Positions 19,996 through 29,689 of a stretch of DNA of 64,000 nucleotides are shown one piece after another. Numbering within the stretch: the first letter of the stretch is position 1; each line of letters begins with the position of its first letter. A program made the translations under genes and the position numbers. This DNA is from an uncultured Chloroflexia bacterium (GTDB lineage: Bacteria; Chloroflexota; Limnocylindria; QHBO01), in the NCBI GenBank assembly GCA_963814375.1, contig CAWFCQ010000006.1, positions 64,001 to 128,000 on the forward strand. Reading direction: 5' to 3'. The notes below the pieces were generated by a model. It was not told the DNA's origin. It made no database searches and saw nothing but the letters and a program-made list of their open reading frames with translations.

Positions 19996-20731
19996 CTACC
20001 GCAGGACCGATGCCGTCCCAGCCTCGAGTGCCACGCCGATCATGCGGTCGATCGCCCGATCCAGCTCGTCGAGCGGCAGGTAGCTTTCCTCGGTGGTGAC
20101 GTCGTCGCCGAGGACGTCACTGATCGTCAGCGCGCACGCCGCCTGGACGCCCGCGCGGGCCGCCAGGAAGAAGAGCGCTGACGCCTCCATCTCGAAGGCC
20201 AGCACGCCGCGATCGCGCCAGCGCTGGGCGTAGTCGGCATCGGTGTTGTAGAAGACATCGACCGATGCGACGAGCCCCGTGCGAGCCTCAACTCCCGCTG
20301 CGCCCGGCTGCATCCACCAGCGCCCGCGTCAGGCCGAAGTCGGCGGCGGGGGCATAGGCCTCGCCATGGAGGTAGGTCTGGGTGGCGCCGTCAACCGGGC
20401 ACGCCGCGGTGGCGATCACCAGCTCCCCGGTCTTCATGCCCTTGGCGATGCCGCCGCAGGTTCCCACGCGGATGAGGCGCTTCGCCCCGAGTCGCAACAG
20501 CTCCTCGACGACGATGCTCAGGCTCGGCGTGCCCATGCCGCTGGTCTGGACGCTCACCGGGACGCCGTTGAAGGTGCCGGTGAAGCCGAAGAGGCCGCGG
20601 TGATCGTTGACCTGCTTCACCGAGCCGGCGTCAAAGCGCTCGCTGATTCGGCGAGATCGGTTGGGGTCGCCGGGAAGGAGGACCAGGGGGGCATAGTCAC
20701 CCTCATCGGCGCGGAGGTGGATCTGTGGCAT
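19996..20731 (-). CDS. deoD: Purine-nucleoside phosphorylase, frameshift near 20293
   Basis: PGDPNR, TSGMGTPS, IRVGTCG; then DVFY, EMEASALF, LTISD in another frame. Confidence 0.9.
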
Positions 20732-20776
20732 GTGGCTAGCGTACAGAATGGCGCATCACGTGCATGGTGAGCGTCT

Positions 20777-21673
20777 GTGAGCAAGTCGCGCCCGGCCCGG
20801 ACGGACTCAGCCAAGGCCACGCTTCGCGACCTTGTGCGCGCGGCTGGCGGCGGCCTCCTGATCGGGCTGCCGCTCCTCTTCACGATGGAGATGTGGTGGC
20901 ACTCCTTCCTCCTCCCGTCGTGGAAGATCATCGTCCTGATTGGCGTCGCCTTCGTGGTCGTGATCGGCTACTCCGCGCTGAGTGGATTCAGGCGCGATCG
21001 GACATGGCGCGAGCTGCTCATCGACTCGGTGGAAACGATGGGCATCGCCGCGGTAGTGTCGACCGCGGCTCTGCTGCTGCTGGGCAGGATCGGCATCGAG
21101 ACCGGGCTGCGCGACGCCATCGGCAAGGTAGCGCTCGAGATGATCCCGGTCGCATTCGGCGTGTCGCTGGCGGCGACGCAGCTCGCGTCGGCGGATGACG
21201 ATCCTGAGGAACAGGGCAGCGCCGTAGGCGACGGGGCCGGCGTCGGCGCCTTCGGGCGCCTCTTCATCGCGGCGGGCGCAGCCCTGTTGTTCGCGCTCAA
21301 CATCGCGCCCACCGAGGAGCCGATGATCCTGGGGATCGAGGCCGATTGGTGGGCGCTGCTGCTCGTGATCCCCGCCTCGATGGCCATGACGTTCGCGATC
21401 GTGTTCTATGCCGACTTCCGCGGCGGCCGTTCGCTCGACGTCGGCGACGGCCCGCTGGACCATCCGCTGACCGAGACGATCGTTGCCTACACGATCAGCC
21501 TGCTCGTCAGCCTCCTGCTCCTGTGGGCCTTCGGACGGACCGACGGTGTCTCGCCGCCGGCGATCGCCGGGCAGACGATCCTCCTCGCCGTGGTCGCGTC
21601 GTTCGGTGCGGCGGCGGGACGGTTGCTTTTGGGCGGCAGCAATAGCACGCAACGGCCATCGGAGGCGACGTAG
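20777..21673 (+). CDS. TIGR02587-like (DUF2391) integral membrane protein
   Basis: RAAGGGLLIGLPLLFTMEMWW, NIAPTEE, GAAAGRLLL. Confidence 0.88.
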   Translation: MSKSRPARTDSAKATLRDLVRAAGGGLLIGLPLLFTMEMWWHSFLLPSWKIIVLIGVAFVVVIGYSALSGFRRDRTWRELLIDSVETMGIAAVVSTAALLLLGRIGIETGLRDAIGKVALEMIPVAFGVSLAATQLASADDDPEEQGSAVGDGAGVGAFGRLFIAAGAALLFALNIAPTEEPMILGIEADWWALLLVIPASMAMTFAIVFYADFRGGRSLDVGDGPLDHPLTETIVAYTISLLVSLLLLWAFGRTDGVSPPAIAGQTILLAVVASFGAAAGRLLLGGSNSTQRPSEAT

Positions 21674-21676
21674 CAG

Positions 21677-22051
21677 GTGCGACAGAATTGGCTCGAATGG
21701 GTCGTCCTCGGCGTCAGCGTCGCGGCGGTCATCGGCCTGGTCGGGTTTCTGCTCATCGACGGCATCACGGACCAGGGCCGCCCGCCGACTCCAGCCGTCG
21801 AGCTGATGACCGACGCCGCCTACGACACTCCCGAGGGCTGGGTCCTGCCCGCCGTGGCGACGAACGAAGGGGATGTGGCCGCCGAAGAACTCGCTTTCCG
21901 CGTGACCGCAACGGTCGAGGGTGTCGAAGAGGAGAGCGAGGTTGCGATCGACTTCCTCCCGGCGGGCAGTGACGTGGAGATCTCGTTCGGGTTCAGCGGC
22001 CCGCCGGACGGCGAAGTCACCGTGACGCTGGTGGGCTTCCGGCTACCCTGA
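21677..22051 (+). CDS. TIGR02588-like protein
   Basis: WLEWVV + TM, NEGD.AA, IDFLP; usual partner of TIGR02587. Confidence 0.82.
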   Translation: MRQNWLEWVVLGVSVAAVIGLVGFLLIDGITDQGRPPTPAVELMTDAAYDTPEGWVLPAVATNEGDVAAEELAFRVTATVEGVEEESEVAIDFLPAGSDVEISFGFSGPPDGEVTVTLVGFRLP

Positions 22052-22056
22052 CACCT

Positions 22057-22887
22057 GTGACCAGCCGATGGGCCGATGAGCTCGCGTTCGCCACCGAGCT
22101 CGCCCGCCGAGCCGGATCCCTGCTCGTCGACAGCTACGAGCGGCTCGAGCAGATCGACTACAAGAGCAAGCGCGACGTCGTCACGAACGCCGACTACGCC
22201 TCCGAGAAGCTCGTCATCGACGCGATCCGCACGACCTTCGATGGCGATGCGATCCTGGCCGAGGAGTCGGGCGAGCATGCCGGCGTCCTGCGCGACGATG
22301 GCTCGCACAACGGCCGGACGTGGGTGATCGACCCGCTGGACGGCACCGTCAACTACGCGAACGGCATTCCGTTCTACTGCGTCAGCATCGGTCTTGTGGT
22401 GGACGACCGGCCGACGGTGGGCGTGATCTTTGACCCGGCTCGCGACGACATGTACACCGCCGCGGTCGACGGGCCGGCCTGCCTCGACGGTGAGGCGGTC
22501 CGCGCCTCGACCAAGGAAACCCTGTCCGACTACGTCGTCAGCCTCGCCGTCATTGGACGTGGCGGCCTCGCGCGAGAGCGACGGATCACCCCGCAGATCC
22601 GAATCCATCGGCGCATGGGGAGCGCGGCGCTGGCACTCGCCTACGTCGCCAACGGGCGCTTCGACGCCTTCGTCCAGAACGGCGGCCTATCGCCCTGGGA
22701 CGTCGCCGCCGCCGGTCTCATCGCGGAGCGGTCGGGCGCGGTCGTCACCGACCTCACCGGCGGGCCATGGTGGAACCCGGCGCTGCGTGGCCCGCGCACC
22801 AGCGTCGTGGCGGCGCCGGCGGCGCAGCATCAGCCGCTGCTGGCTGCGCTGGCGGCGGAGAAGACGACCGTCCAGACCCGACGCTAG
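22057..22887 (+). CDS. suhB: Inositol monophosphatase family protein
   Basis: DVVTNAD, AEES, WVIDPLDGTVNY, GSAAL, WDVAA. Confidence 0.9.
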   Translation: MTSRWADELAFATELARRAGSLLVDSYERLEQIDYKSKRDVVTNADYASEKLVIDAIRTTFDGDAILAEESGEHAGVLRDDGSHNGRTWVIDPLDGTVNYANGIPFYCVSIGLVVDDRPTVGVIFDPARDDMYTAAVDGPACLDGEAVRASTKETLSDYVVSLAVIGRGGLARERRITPQIRIHRRMGSAALALAYVANGRFDAFVQNGGLSPWDVAAAGLIAERSGAVVTDLTGGPWWNPALRGPRTSVVAAPAAQHQPLLAALAAEKTTVQTRR

Positions 22888-23543
22888 GCGCCGTCGAGGA
22901 CCGTCGCGAGCATCCCGAGAGTCATCGCCGTGGCGCCCCACACGACGACCCCGCCATATCGGTACGCGCCGGCTCGCAGCCGGACGCCGCGCACGTCGAT
23001 CTCCTCGACACCGAGCACATCGGGGTCCCAGAGGGCGGCCAGCGGCAGCTCGACGATTGCGGTGACCTCGGCGTCGTGCGGAACGAGCGTCGGCCGCTCG
23101 GCGAGGGTCCCGACGAACGGCCGCAGCTCGAAGTTGCTGACGGGGATCCACACGTCGTCGAGCGCGCCGGCGATCGTGACGTCGGCCGGCGGGAGCCCGA
23201 CCTCCTCCCACGCCTCGCGCAGCGCTGCTGCCTGGTGCGAGACGTCGGTCTCGTCGACGGCGCCGCCGGGCAGCGAGACCTCGCCGGCGTGGGAGCGCAG
23301 GTCGCCATGGCGGACGGTCAGCGGCACGGTGAGCTCGCCGTCGTCGCCGGGGTAGATCGCCAACAGCGTCGAGGCCGGTCGCGCCGGGGGAAACGTGCTC
23401 CGGTCGTAGGTGTTCCTGCGGACCTCGCCGTCGAGGCTGCGCGGCAGGAGGCGCTCGTCGCGGGGGATCGGCCGCGGCGTGCTGGCCAGCACCTCGGCGA
23501 TGGCTTTCGCCCATCCGCTGCCGGCGGCTAAGATGCGATCCAT
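22884..23543 (-). CDS. Nudix hydrolase (CoA pyrophosphatase-like); start uncertain
   Basis: LRSHAGEVSLPGG, AALREAWEEVGL, VWGATA. Confidence 0.88.
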   Translation of the reverse strand: MDRILAAGSGWAKAIAEVLASTPRPIPRDERLLPRSLDGEVRRNTYDRSTFPPARPASTLLAIYPGDDGELTVPLTVRHGDLRSHAGEVSLPGGAVDETDVSHQAAALREAWEEVGLPPADVTIAGALDDVWIPVSNFELRPFVGTLAERPTLVPHDAEVTAIVELPLAALWDPDVLGVEEIDVRGVRLRAGAYRYGGVVVWGATAMTLGMLATVLDGA

Positions 23544-24248
23544 ATGACCCAGGCCCACCTCGATCGTGACGGTCGTGTCCGCGACGCCATCTATCGCACC
23601 CGCCTCCTCGTCAACCGTACCCCCCATTTCAACAAGGCGACACGCAAGGAGGCAAACCGGGCTCTGGACATCCTCGACCGCCAGCTGGGCCTGAACCAGG
23701 TCAACGCAGTCGAGGCGTCCCGCGGCATCGAGATGCTCAACCGGGCGCACTCGTCGCTGACGTTCGGGCTCCTGCGCAGCCAGGACTTCGCCGATCGCTT
23801 CGCCGCCGCGCTTCGGCGGCTGGGCCTGCGCAGCATCAATGACCGGCTGGACGAGGTCCCGGCGTCGGTGATGGCGCTGCCGATCCACGGCCCGCTCGGC
23901 GCGCGAGAGCATCGCGACGACCTCGTGGCCGAAGAGCGCGTCGACGCGCAGGGCAACCCCCTGCCACCCCTACCCGGCTTCGGGACGCTGCGCACGGCGG
24001 AGCTCGCCGGCACGGCCCGGCCGGCCGGCCAATCCGCCGCGGAACGAGGAAGGAGTCAGCAGGTGCGGGGCTTTCACGCGTTTGCGCTGTGGGTGGCGAT
24101 CATCGGGCTGCTCGCCATCGCGGCGATCACCGTGGTCGAGGGCTTCCAGGACGGCTTCAGCCTCTGGGACTGGCTCGTCATCGGCGTGGCGGCGCTCGCC
24201 GTCCTCATCGGTGTCGTGGCGTCGATCGGAGCGCTGATCAGGCGCTGA
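23544..24248 (+). CDS. Hypothetical protein with two C-terminal TM helices
   Basis: 234-aa ORF, TAAGAT just upstream, helical N-terminus plus hydrophobic hairpin. Confidence 0.7.
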   Translation: MTQAHLDRDGRVRDAIYRTRLLVNRTPHFNKATRKEANRALDILDRQLGLNQVNAVEASRGIEMLNRAHSSLTFGLLRSQDFADRFAAALRRLGLRSINDRLDEVPASVMALPIHGPLGAREHRDDLVAEERVDAQGNPLPPLPGFGTLRTAELAGTARPAGQSAAERGRSQQVRGFHAFALWVAIIGLLAIAAITVVEGFQDGFSLWDWLVIGVAALAVLIGVVASIGALIRR

Positions 24249-25044
24249 GGGCGCGGATCAGGTCGGCGTCGGTTGGCGTGGACCCCAATCCGAGGCGCTG
24301 GCCCACCGTGGCTGCCAGCGGAGGCTCGAGATAGGTCGAGCGCAACGCTTCCCACGATTGCTCCGCGAACACCGATGCTGGCGGGCCATCGAGGATGACG
24401 CGACCCGCCCCCATCACCACCACCCGCTCGAACGTCTCGGCCACGAAGCGCATGTCGTGGCTGATGGCAATGACGGTTCGCCCGGACGCCGCGGCCGACT
24501 CGACGATGGTGCGCACGCGCGCGACGCCCCGTGCGTCCTGGCCGGTTGTGGGCTCGTCGAGGATGAGGACCGGCGTCTCCATCGCGAGGACGGAGGCGAG
24601 GGAGAGGAGCTTGCGGCGCGCAGCCCCGAGGTCGTAGGGATTCGTGCGCTCCTCGCCGGCCAACCCGGCCGCCTCAAGCGCCACCCGTACCACGTGGTGC
24701 AGCTCGTCTCCCGAGCGTCCCAGATTGCGCGGGCCGAACTCGACCTCGGCCCGGACCGAGCCGGCGAAGATCTGCCGATCTGGGTCCTGGAAGACCAGGC
24801 CCACGCGATGTGCGAGCTCTGCGACGGTCATGCCGGCCGCGTCCGCCCCGCCGATGGTGACGCGCCCCTGGGTGGGACGCAGCAGACCGTTCAGATGGCG
24901 CACGAGGGTCGTCTTCCCGCTGCCGTTCTGGCCCACGAGCGCGACACGCTCGCCGGAGTCGATCTCCAGGTCCACCCCGTCGAGCGCGCGGACGGCGCCG
25001 TCGCGATAGACGTGGACGAGTCCTTCGGCGCGAAGCTCAGCCAC
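24238..25044 (-). CDS. ecfA: ECF transporter ATP-binding component
   Basis: GQNGSGKT, FQDPDRQIF, LDEPTTGQD, SHDM. Confidence 0.9.
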   Translation of the reverse strand: MAELRAEGLVHVYRDGAVRALDGVDLEIDSGERVALVGQNGSGKTTLVRHLNGLLRPTQGRVTIGGADAAGMTVAELAHRVGLVFQDPDRQIFAGSVRAEVEFGPRNLGRSGDELHHVVRVALEAAGLAGEERTNPYDLGAARRKLLSLASVLAMETPVLILDEPTTGQDARGVARVRTIVESAAASGRTVIAISHDMRFVAETFERVVVMGAGRVILDGPPASVFAEQSWEALRSTYLEPPLAATVGQRLGLGSTPTDADLIRALSA

Positions 25045-25849
25045 GGAGCGCCTCCGCCAGGAGATCGGGGTCGACGCCCGCATCGGCAGCGATGCGTCGC
25101 AGGCCGACTGTTGCCGGCGGCTCGACGCCCAGGTCGACGAGGGTCGGGTCGGCCAGCACCTCCGCGGCCGGACCGCGCAACCCGATGCGACCGCCCTGGA
25201 GCACTACCACCTCCGCGGCAACCGAGGCCAGCAGATCCGCCTTCTGCTCGACCACCAGGATGCTGGCCCCATCTTCCGCCAGCCGTGCGATCGCCTCGGC
25301 GACGAGCCGGGTTCCGGCCGGGTCGAGCTGCGCGGTCGGCTCGTCGAGGATGAGATGCTTCGGGCGCATCGCCAGGAGGCCGGCGATGGCTACGAGCTGC
25401 TGCTGGCCGCCCGAGAGCCGGGCCGGGTCACGCTCGGCGAGTCCGTCGATGCGCATCGCCGCCAGCGCCTCCCACGTGCGCTCGATGACCTGGCCACGGT
25501 CGATGCCGTGGTTCATCGGTCCGAAGGCGACCTCCTCGAATACCGTCGACGCGACCTGGGAGAGCTGGGTCGCCGGGTTCTGGAAGGAGATCCCGATGTG
25601 CTGGCTGAGCCGATGCATCGGCCATGCGTCGACGTCCTCGCCGTCGAGCGCGACGCGACCGCGGATGCGGCCGCCGATTGCCCGCGGCGCCAGGCCGCTC
25701 GCAACCAGGCACAGCGTGGTCTTGCCCGACTCGGAGGCACCGGCAACGCCGATGATCGCGCCATCGGTCAGCTCCAGGTCGATATCGAGCAGCGCGGCAC
25801 TCGAGGCTCCGGCATAGCGGTAGCCGACGCCGGCAAGCGTGAGCGTCAC
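25037..25849 (-). CDS. ecfA: ECF transporter ATP-binding component
   Basis: GASESGKTT, FQNPATQL, LSGGQQQ, LDEPTAQLD; GTGA overlap with ecfT stop. Confidence 0.9.
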   Translation of the reverse strand: MTLTLAGVGYRYAGASSAALLDIDLELTDGAIIGVAGASESGKTTLCLVASGLAPRAIGGRIRGRVALDGEDVDAWPMHRLSQHIGISFQNPATQLSQVASTVFEEVAFGPMNHGIDRGQVIERTWEALAAMRIDGLAERDPARLSGGQQQLVAIAGLLAMRPKHLILDEPTAQLDPAGTRLVAEAIARLAEDGASILVVEQKADLLASVAAEVVVLQGGRIGLRGPAAEVLADPTLVDLGVEPPATVGLRRIAADAGVDPDLLAEALRG

Positions 25850-26625
25850 GCCAGCCACCCGGTGATCCGGAGGCCGATGAGCGCAGCCAGCCCGGCGACC
25901 ATTGCCCAGCGCGCCGCGGCCTGCAACCCGGAGTCGGCGGGTGCCCAGAGGAGCGTCCGGCGTCCGGGCCGTCCGAAGCCCCGCGCCTCGAGCGCAAGGG
26001 TGCGTTCCTCGACTTCCGAGATGGCGCCCAGGATCACCGGCCCGACGATCGGCACGATCCCACGCACGCGACGCCAGACGGACCCTTCCGTGTCGAGCCC
26101 GCGGGCACGCTGAGCCGCTGTGATCTGGGCCGCGCGCTCAACCATCGCGGGGACCGTCTGCACCGATGCATTAGCCACGAAGCCAATTCGTGAGCTCACC
26201 CCGCGACGCTCGAGGTCCAGGACCAGGTCCGCCGGCCGGGTCGTCAGGTAGAAGAGCGTGACCGCGCCGCTGATCGCGAGGATGCGGACGAGGATTTCGA
26301 CCGCGAAGGCCAGTCCTTCCGCGGTCGCCGTGATCGGCCCGATCGCGAACAGCACCGTCTCCCCGCCGGGAAAGAAGAAGAGGTTCACGAGCACGGCCGA
26401 GACCGCGATCGGCAGCGAGAGGAGGAGGGTCGTGCGGAGGAGCCCACGGAGCACGCCCGCCACGATCGCCGGGGCCAGGATGGCGGCCCCGACGAGAACG
26501 AGCGGGCCGACGAGGCCGCCCAGGACGACCGCCGCGATCGCGGTGGCGGTCGCCAGCGTCGCCTTCGTCAGCGGGTTGAGCCGATGGAATGAGCTCGGGC
26601 CGGGCCGTCCGACGACGTCAGGCAT
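25846..26625 (-). CDS. ecfT: ECF transporter T component
   Basis: LNPLTK, AQRARG and ALEARGF motifs; start uncertain. Confidence 0.9.
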   Translation of the reverse strand: MPDVVGRPGPSSFHRLNPLTKATLATATAIAAVVLGGLVGPLVLVGAAILAPAIVAGVLRGLLRTTLLLSLPIAVSAVLVNLFFFPGGETVLFAIGPITATAEGLAFAVEILVRILAISGAVTLFYLTTRPADLVLDLERRGVSSRIGFVANASVQTVPAMVERAAQITAAQRARGLDTEGSVWRRVRGIVPIVGPVILGAISEVEERTLALEARGFGRPGRRTLLWAPADSGLQAAARWAMVAGLAALIGLRITGWLA

Positions 26626-26651
26626 CCCCCGCGCGGTGGGGGCGGCAGCGC

Positions 26652-27758
26652 TCAGGCGGTCGCTCCCCTCCACTCGCCCTCCTCGCCGGGGCCCTCGATC
26701 TCCCCGGGCTCGATGAGCTGCTCACCCTGCGGGAAACGAGCCTTCGTGCGATTGGCCATCGCCGACAGGATCAGGTAGACGACGAAGAACGTCGTGATCT
26801 TGTCGATCGGGTCGCTGATGAGCCCCTGCCCCAGCGTTGCCGCCCCGATGTCAGCCCCACCCTGGCGGAACGCGGCCACGAGAAAGTCGGTGCCGGAACC
26901 GGTCACCCCGCCGAACACGCCGGCGGCGATGGGGGCGCTGATCAGCGCCGCCACGATCCCGGTCACCATCCCGGCAACGACGACGTACGTCGCGGTCAGG
27001 TCGCGCCGGATGATGAGGAGGGCGAAGACGCCGACGACGGTGATGAGCACGAGCCCGAGGGCCACCCAGCCGAGGATGACGAAGATCGTGTTGTCCGAGG
27101 TCGGCGCGAGGCTCGCCGGGCCGATGGCCGCCGTGTACCCGAGGTACCCGACGTAGGCCAGCAGCCCCACGATGACGGCCGTGACGGCTCCACCGATGGC
27201 CAGCTCGCCGACCGGACGGTCCAGCCGCGGCCGCATGACGCCGCGCTGGCCGGCGACGCCGGCGAGGAGACCGATGACGGCGGCGACGATCGCGAATGCC
27301 GCAGCCGGCGGGTACTGGAATGGCGGCGGGATGACGTACGCCCACAGCAGGTTGGCGAGCAGGCCGGTGGCGGCGCCGGCGAGCGGCCCGGCGAGGACAC
27401 CTACCAGGATCGTACCGATCGAGTCGAGATAGATCGGGATCTTGAGAGCCGCGGCAACGGTCTGGCCCAGGATGATGTTGAGCGCGATGGCGATCGGCAT
27501 GAGGATCAGCGTGCGCGTCGTGAACTGGCGTGTCGCCGACGCGATGCTGCCGGTCTGGACACGCTCCACCACGAGGTACACCGCGATGGCGACGAGCAGC
27601 GCGACGCTCAGGACGAGCGCGAGCACATCCGCGACGGCCTGGTAGGCGAAGGTCACGGGATCGGCCTCGCCGGGGTCGGGGATCCCGCCCGCCAGGGCGA
27701 CTCCGGCCCCGACGACGATCGCGAACGCGACCAGCGCCGCGACCCAACGAATGATCAT
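26652..27758 (-). CDS. ECF transporter S component (enlarged)
   Basis: LKIPIYLDSIGTILVGVLAGP..GAATG, GGVTGSG, DPIDK; GGAGGAGG RBS. Confidence 0.82.
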   Translation of the reverse strand: MIIRWVAALVAFAIVVGAGVALAGGIPDPGEADPVTFAYQAVADVLALVLSVALLVAIAVYLVVERVQTGSIASATRQFTTRTLILMPIAIALNIILGQTVAAALKIPIYLDSIGTILVGVLAGPLAGAATGLLANLLWAYVIPPPFQYPPAAAFAIVAAVIGLLAGVAGQRGVMRPRLDRPVGELAIGGAVTAVIVGLLAYVGYLGYTAAIGPASLAPTSDNTIFVILGWVALGLVLITVVGVFALLIIRRDLTATYVVVAGMVTGIVAALISAPIAAGVFGGVTGSGTDFLVAAFRQGGADIGAATLGQGLISDPIDKITTFFVVYLILSAMANRTKARFPQGEQLIEPGEIEGPGEEGEWRGATA

Positions 27759-27789
27759 GAGATGACCCTCCTCCAGTTCCGGTGGCGTC

Positions 27790-28776
27790 TCAGCTATACG
27801 GGGCGCTGACCGCGCGGCTCAGGCGCGTGATGAGCTCGGCCTTCATCCCATCGGCGTCGATGGCGGTGGCAACCCGCACCGGACGCCGGTCGGCATCGTC
27901 GACGCGATACAGGCTGCCGGCGAGGTACGCATCGGTGCTCGTGTCGCAGGCCAGGGTTTCGGTCACGGTCTCGGTCACGAGGTCGGGCCGCAGGAGGGCC
28001 GCGATGACGACGACCGGGTCGTGCAGGTAGGCGCCGTCGATTCCGTCCGCCTTCTTGTGGAAGCCGACGTAGAAGCGGACCGCGTCCCGAACGACGCCGG
28101 CGAGGTGGGTGTCGGGCAACGCCTTCAGATCGTCCATCGTGAAGACGACGTCCTGGGTCGCATCCAGCGGAAAGATCCGATGCAGGGCACCGGCCCCCAG
28201 GCACACCTCCGCCGCTTCGGGGTCGACGCACGCGTTCCACTCGCCGGTCTCGGTCGTGTTGCCGCGCTCCTCGAGCGTGCCCCCCATCCAGATCACGTCG
28301 TGTGCCCCGCCCGCCAGGTCGACACCGTGCTGCGTCGCCGCCGCCAGGTTCGTCAGCGGGCCGAGCGCGACGATCGTCACCTCCCCAGGGTGGCGGGTGA
28401 CGTGCGCGCCGATGTAGCGGCTGGCGGGGATGGCCGTGTACTCGGTCGTCCCGAGCTGGCGGTCCTCGCCGCGCAGCTCGACGAAGCCGGTGCCCGTTGG
28501 GCCGTGCGTGTCCGGCGCAGTTCGCAGGCGGCGCTGAAGGGGCCGCGCCGCGCCGATGCTGACCGGGACGTCGCCGCGGCCGACCATGCGCAGGAGCTTG
28601 CCGGTGTTGCGTGCGACGTGGTGGATCTCGACGTTGCCGGCGACGCAGGTGACGCCGCGCAGGTTGAGCTCGGGGCTGGTGGCGGCGATGAGCAGGGCGA
28701 TCATGTCGTCGATCCCGGTGTCAACGTCCAGCACGAGCGGACGCTGCGCGGACTGCGGGGACTCGTCGGTCGCCAT
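27790..28776 (-). CDS. Nucleoside hydrolase (IUNH family)
   Basis: DVDTGIDD, AGN, LGPLTNLA, WMGG, EWN..DPEAA, LHDP. Confidence 0.93.
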   Translation of the reverse strand: MATDESPQSAQRPLVLDVDTGIDDMIALLIAATSPELNLRGVTCVAGNVEIHHVARNTGKLLRMVGRGDVPVSIGAARPLQRRLRTAPDTHGPTGTGFVELRGEDRQLGTTEYTAIPASRYIGAHVTRHPGEVTIVALGPLTNLAAATQHGVDLAGGAHDVIWMGGTLEERGNTTETGEWNACVDPEAAEVCLGAGALHRIFPLDATQDVVFTMDDLKALPDTHLAGVVRDAVRFYVGFHKKADGIDGAYLHDPVVVIAALLRPDLVTETVTETLACDTSTDAYLAGSLYRVDDADRRPVRVATAIDADGMKAELITRLSRAVSAPYS

Positions 28777-28783
28777 CGGCGGC

Positions 28784-29689
28784 CTATGGTAGCCGCCAGC
28801 CGCCCGCCTGGCCGACCTTTGTGCCCAGGCTTCGGCCGAGGACCGTGCTGACGTGCCGCGCCGCCTCGAGCAGCGCGTCGAGGTCGACGCCGTGGCTGAA
28901 CCCCTCGCGGTCGAGGAGGTACACGAGGTCCTCCGTGGCGAGGTTGCCCGCAGCGCCGGGCGCGTAGGGGCAGCCCCCGGTGCCGCCGGCGGACGCATCG
29001 AAGCAGCGGACCCCGAGATCGAGGGCCGTGGCCACGTTGGCGAGCGCGGTGCCGCGCGTGTCGTGGAAGTGCATCGCCAGCCGCTCCGCGCCGATGCCCG
29101 CTTCGAGCAGCGCGCCGACCACGCGGCGCACGTCCGACGGTGCGGCGACGCCGATCGTATCCCCGATGCTGAGCTCGTCCACGCCCAGGTCCAGCAGCCG
29201 ATGCGCGACGTCGACCACGGCGGCCGCGTCGACCTCTCCCTGGTACGGGCACCCGAACGCCGTGCTGACGTAGCCGCGGCTCCACCAGCCGCGCCGGCGA
29301 GCGCCGGAGACGACCGGCCGGAACGCGTCGATCGACTCGTCGATCGACATGTTGATGTTGTGGCGCGTGAACTCCTCCGAGGCCGCGGTGAAGACGCACA
29401 CGGCGTCGACGCCGGCCTGCTCGGCGCGCTGCAGGCCGCGCTCGTTCGGTACCAGCGCCGGGTAGCGGACACCGGGGCGTCGTTCGAGGCGAGCCATCAG
29501 GTCATCCGCGTCGGCGAGCTGCGGGATGGCTCGCGGCGAGACGAAGCTGGTCGTCTCGATCTCCCGCAGGCCGGCAATCGCGAGCAGCTCGATGAAGCGC
29601 AGCTTCGCATCGGTCGGGATGGGCGCAGCCTCGTTCTGGAGCCCGTCCCGTGGCCCGACCTCGTAGATCCGGACGTCGCGCTCAGCCAT
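28784..29689 (-). CDS. liuE: Hydroxymethylglutaryl-CoA lyase
   Basis: EVGPRDGLQNE, HFHDTRG, GGCPYAPGAAGN. Confidence 0.93.
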   Translation of the reverse strand: MAERDVRIYEVGPRDGLQNEAAPIPTDAKLRFIELLAIAGLREIETTSFVSPRAIPQLADADDLMARLERRPGVRYPALVPNERGLQRAEQAGVDAVCVFTAASEEFTRHNINMSIDESIDAFRPVVSGARRRGWWSRGYVSTAFGCPYQGEVDAAAVVDVAHRLLDLGVDELSIGDTIGVAAPSDVRRVVGALLEAGIGAERLAMHFHDTRGTALANVATALDLGVRCFDASAGGTGGCPYAPGAAGNLATEDLVYLLDREGFSHGVDLDALLEAARHVSTVLGRSLGTKVGQAGGWRLP

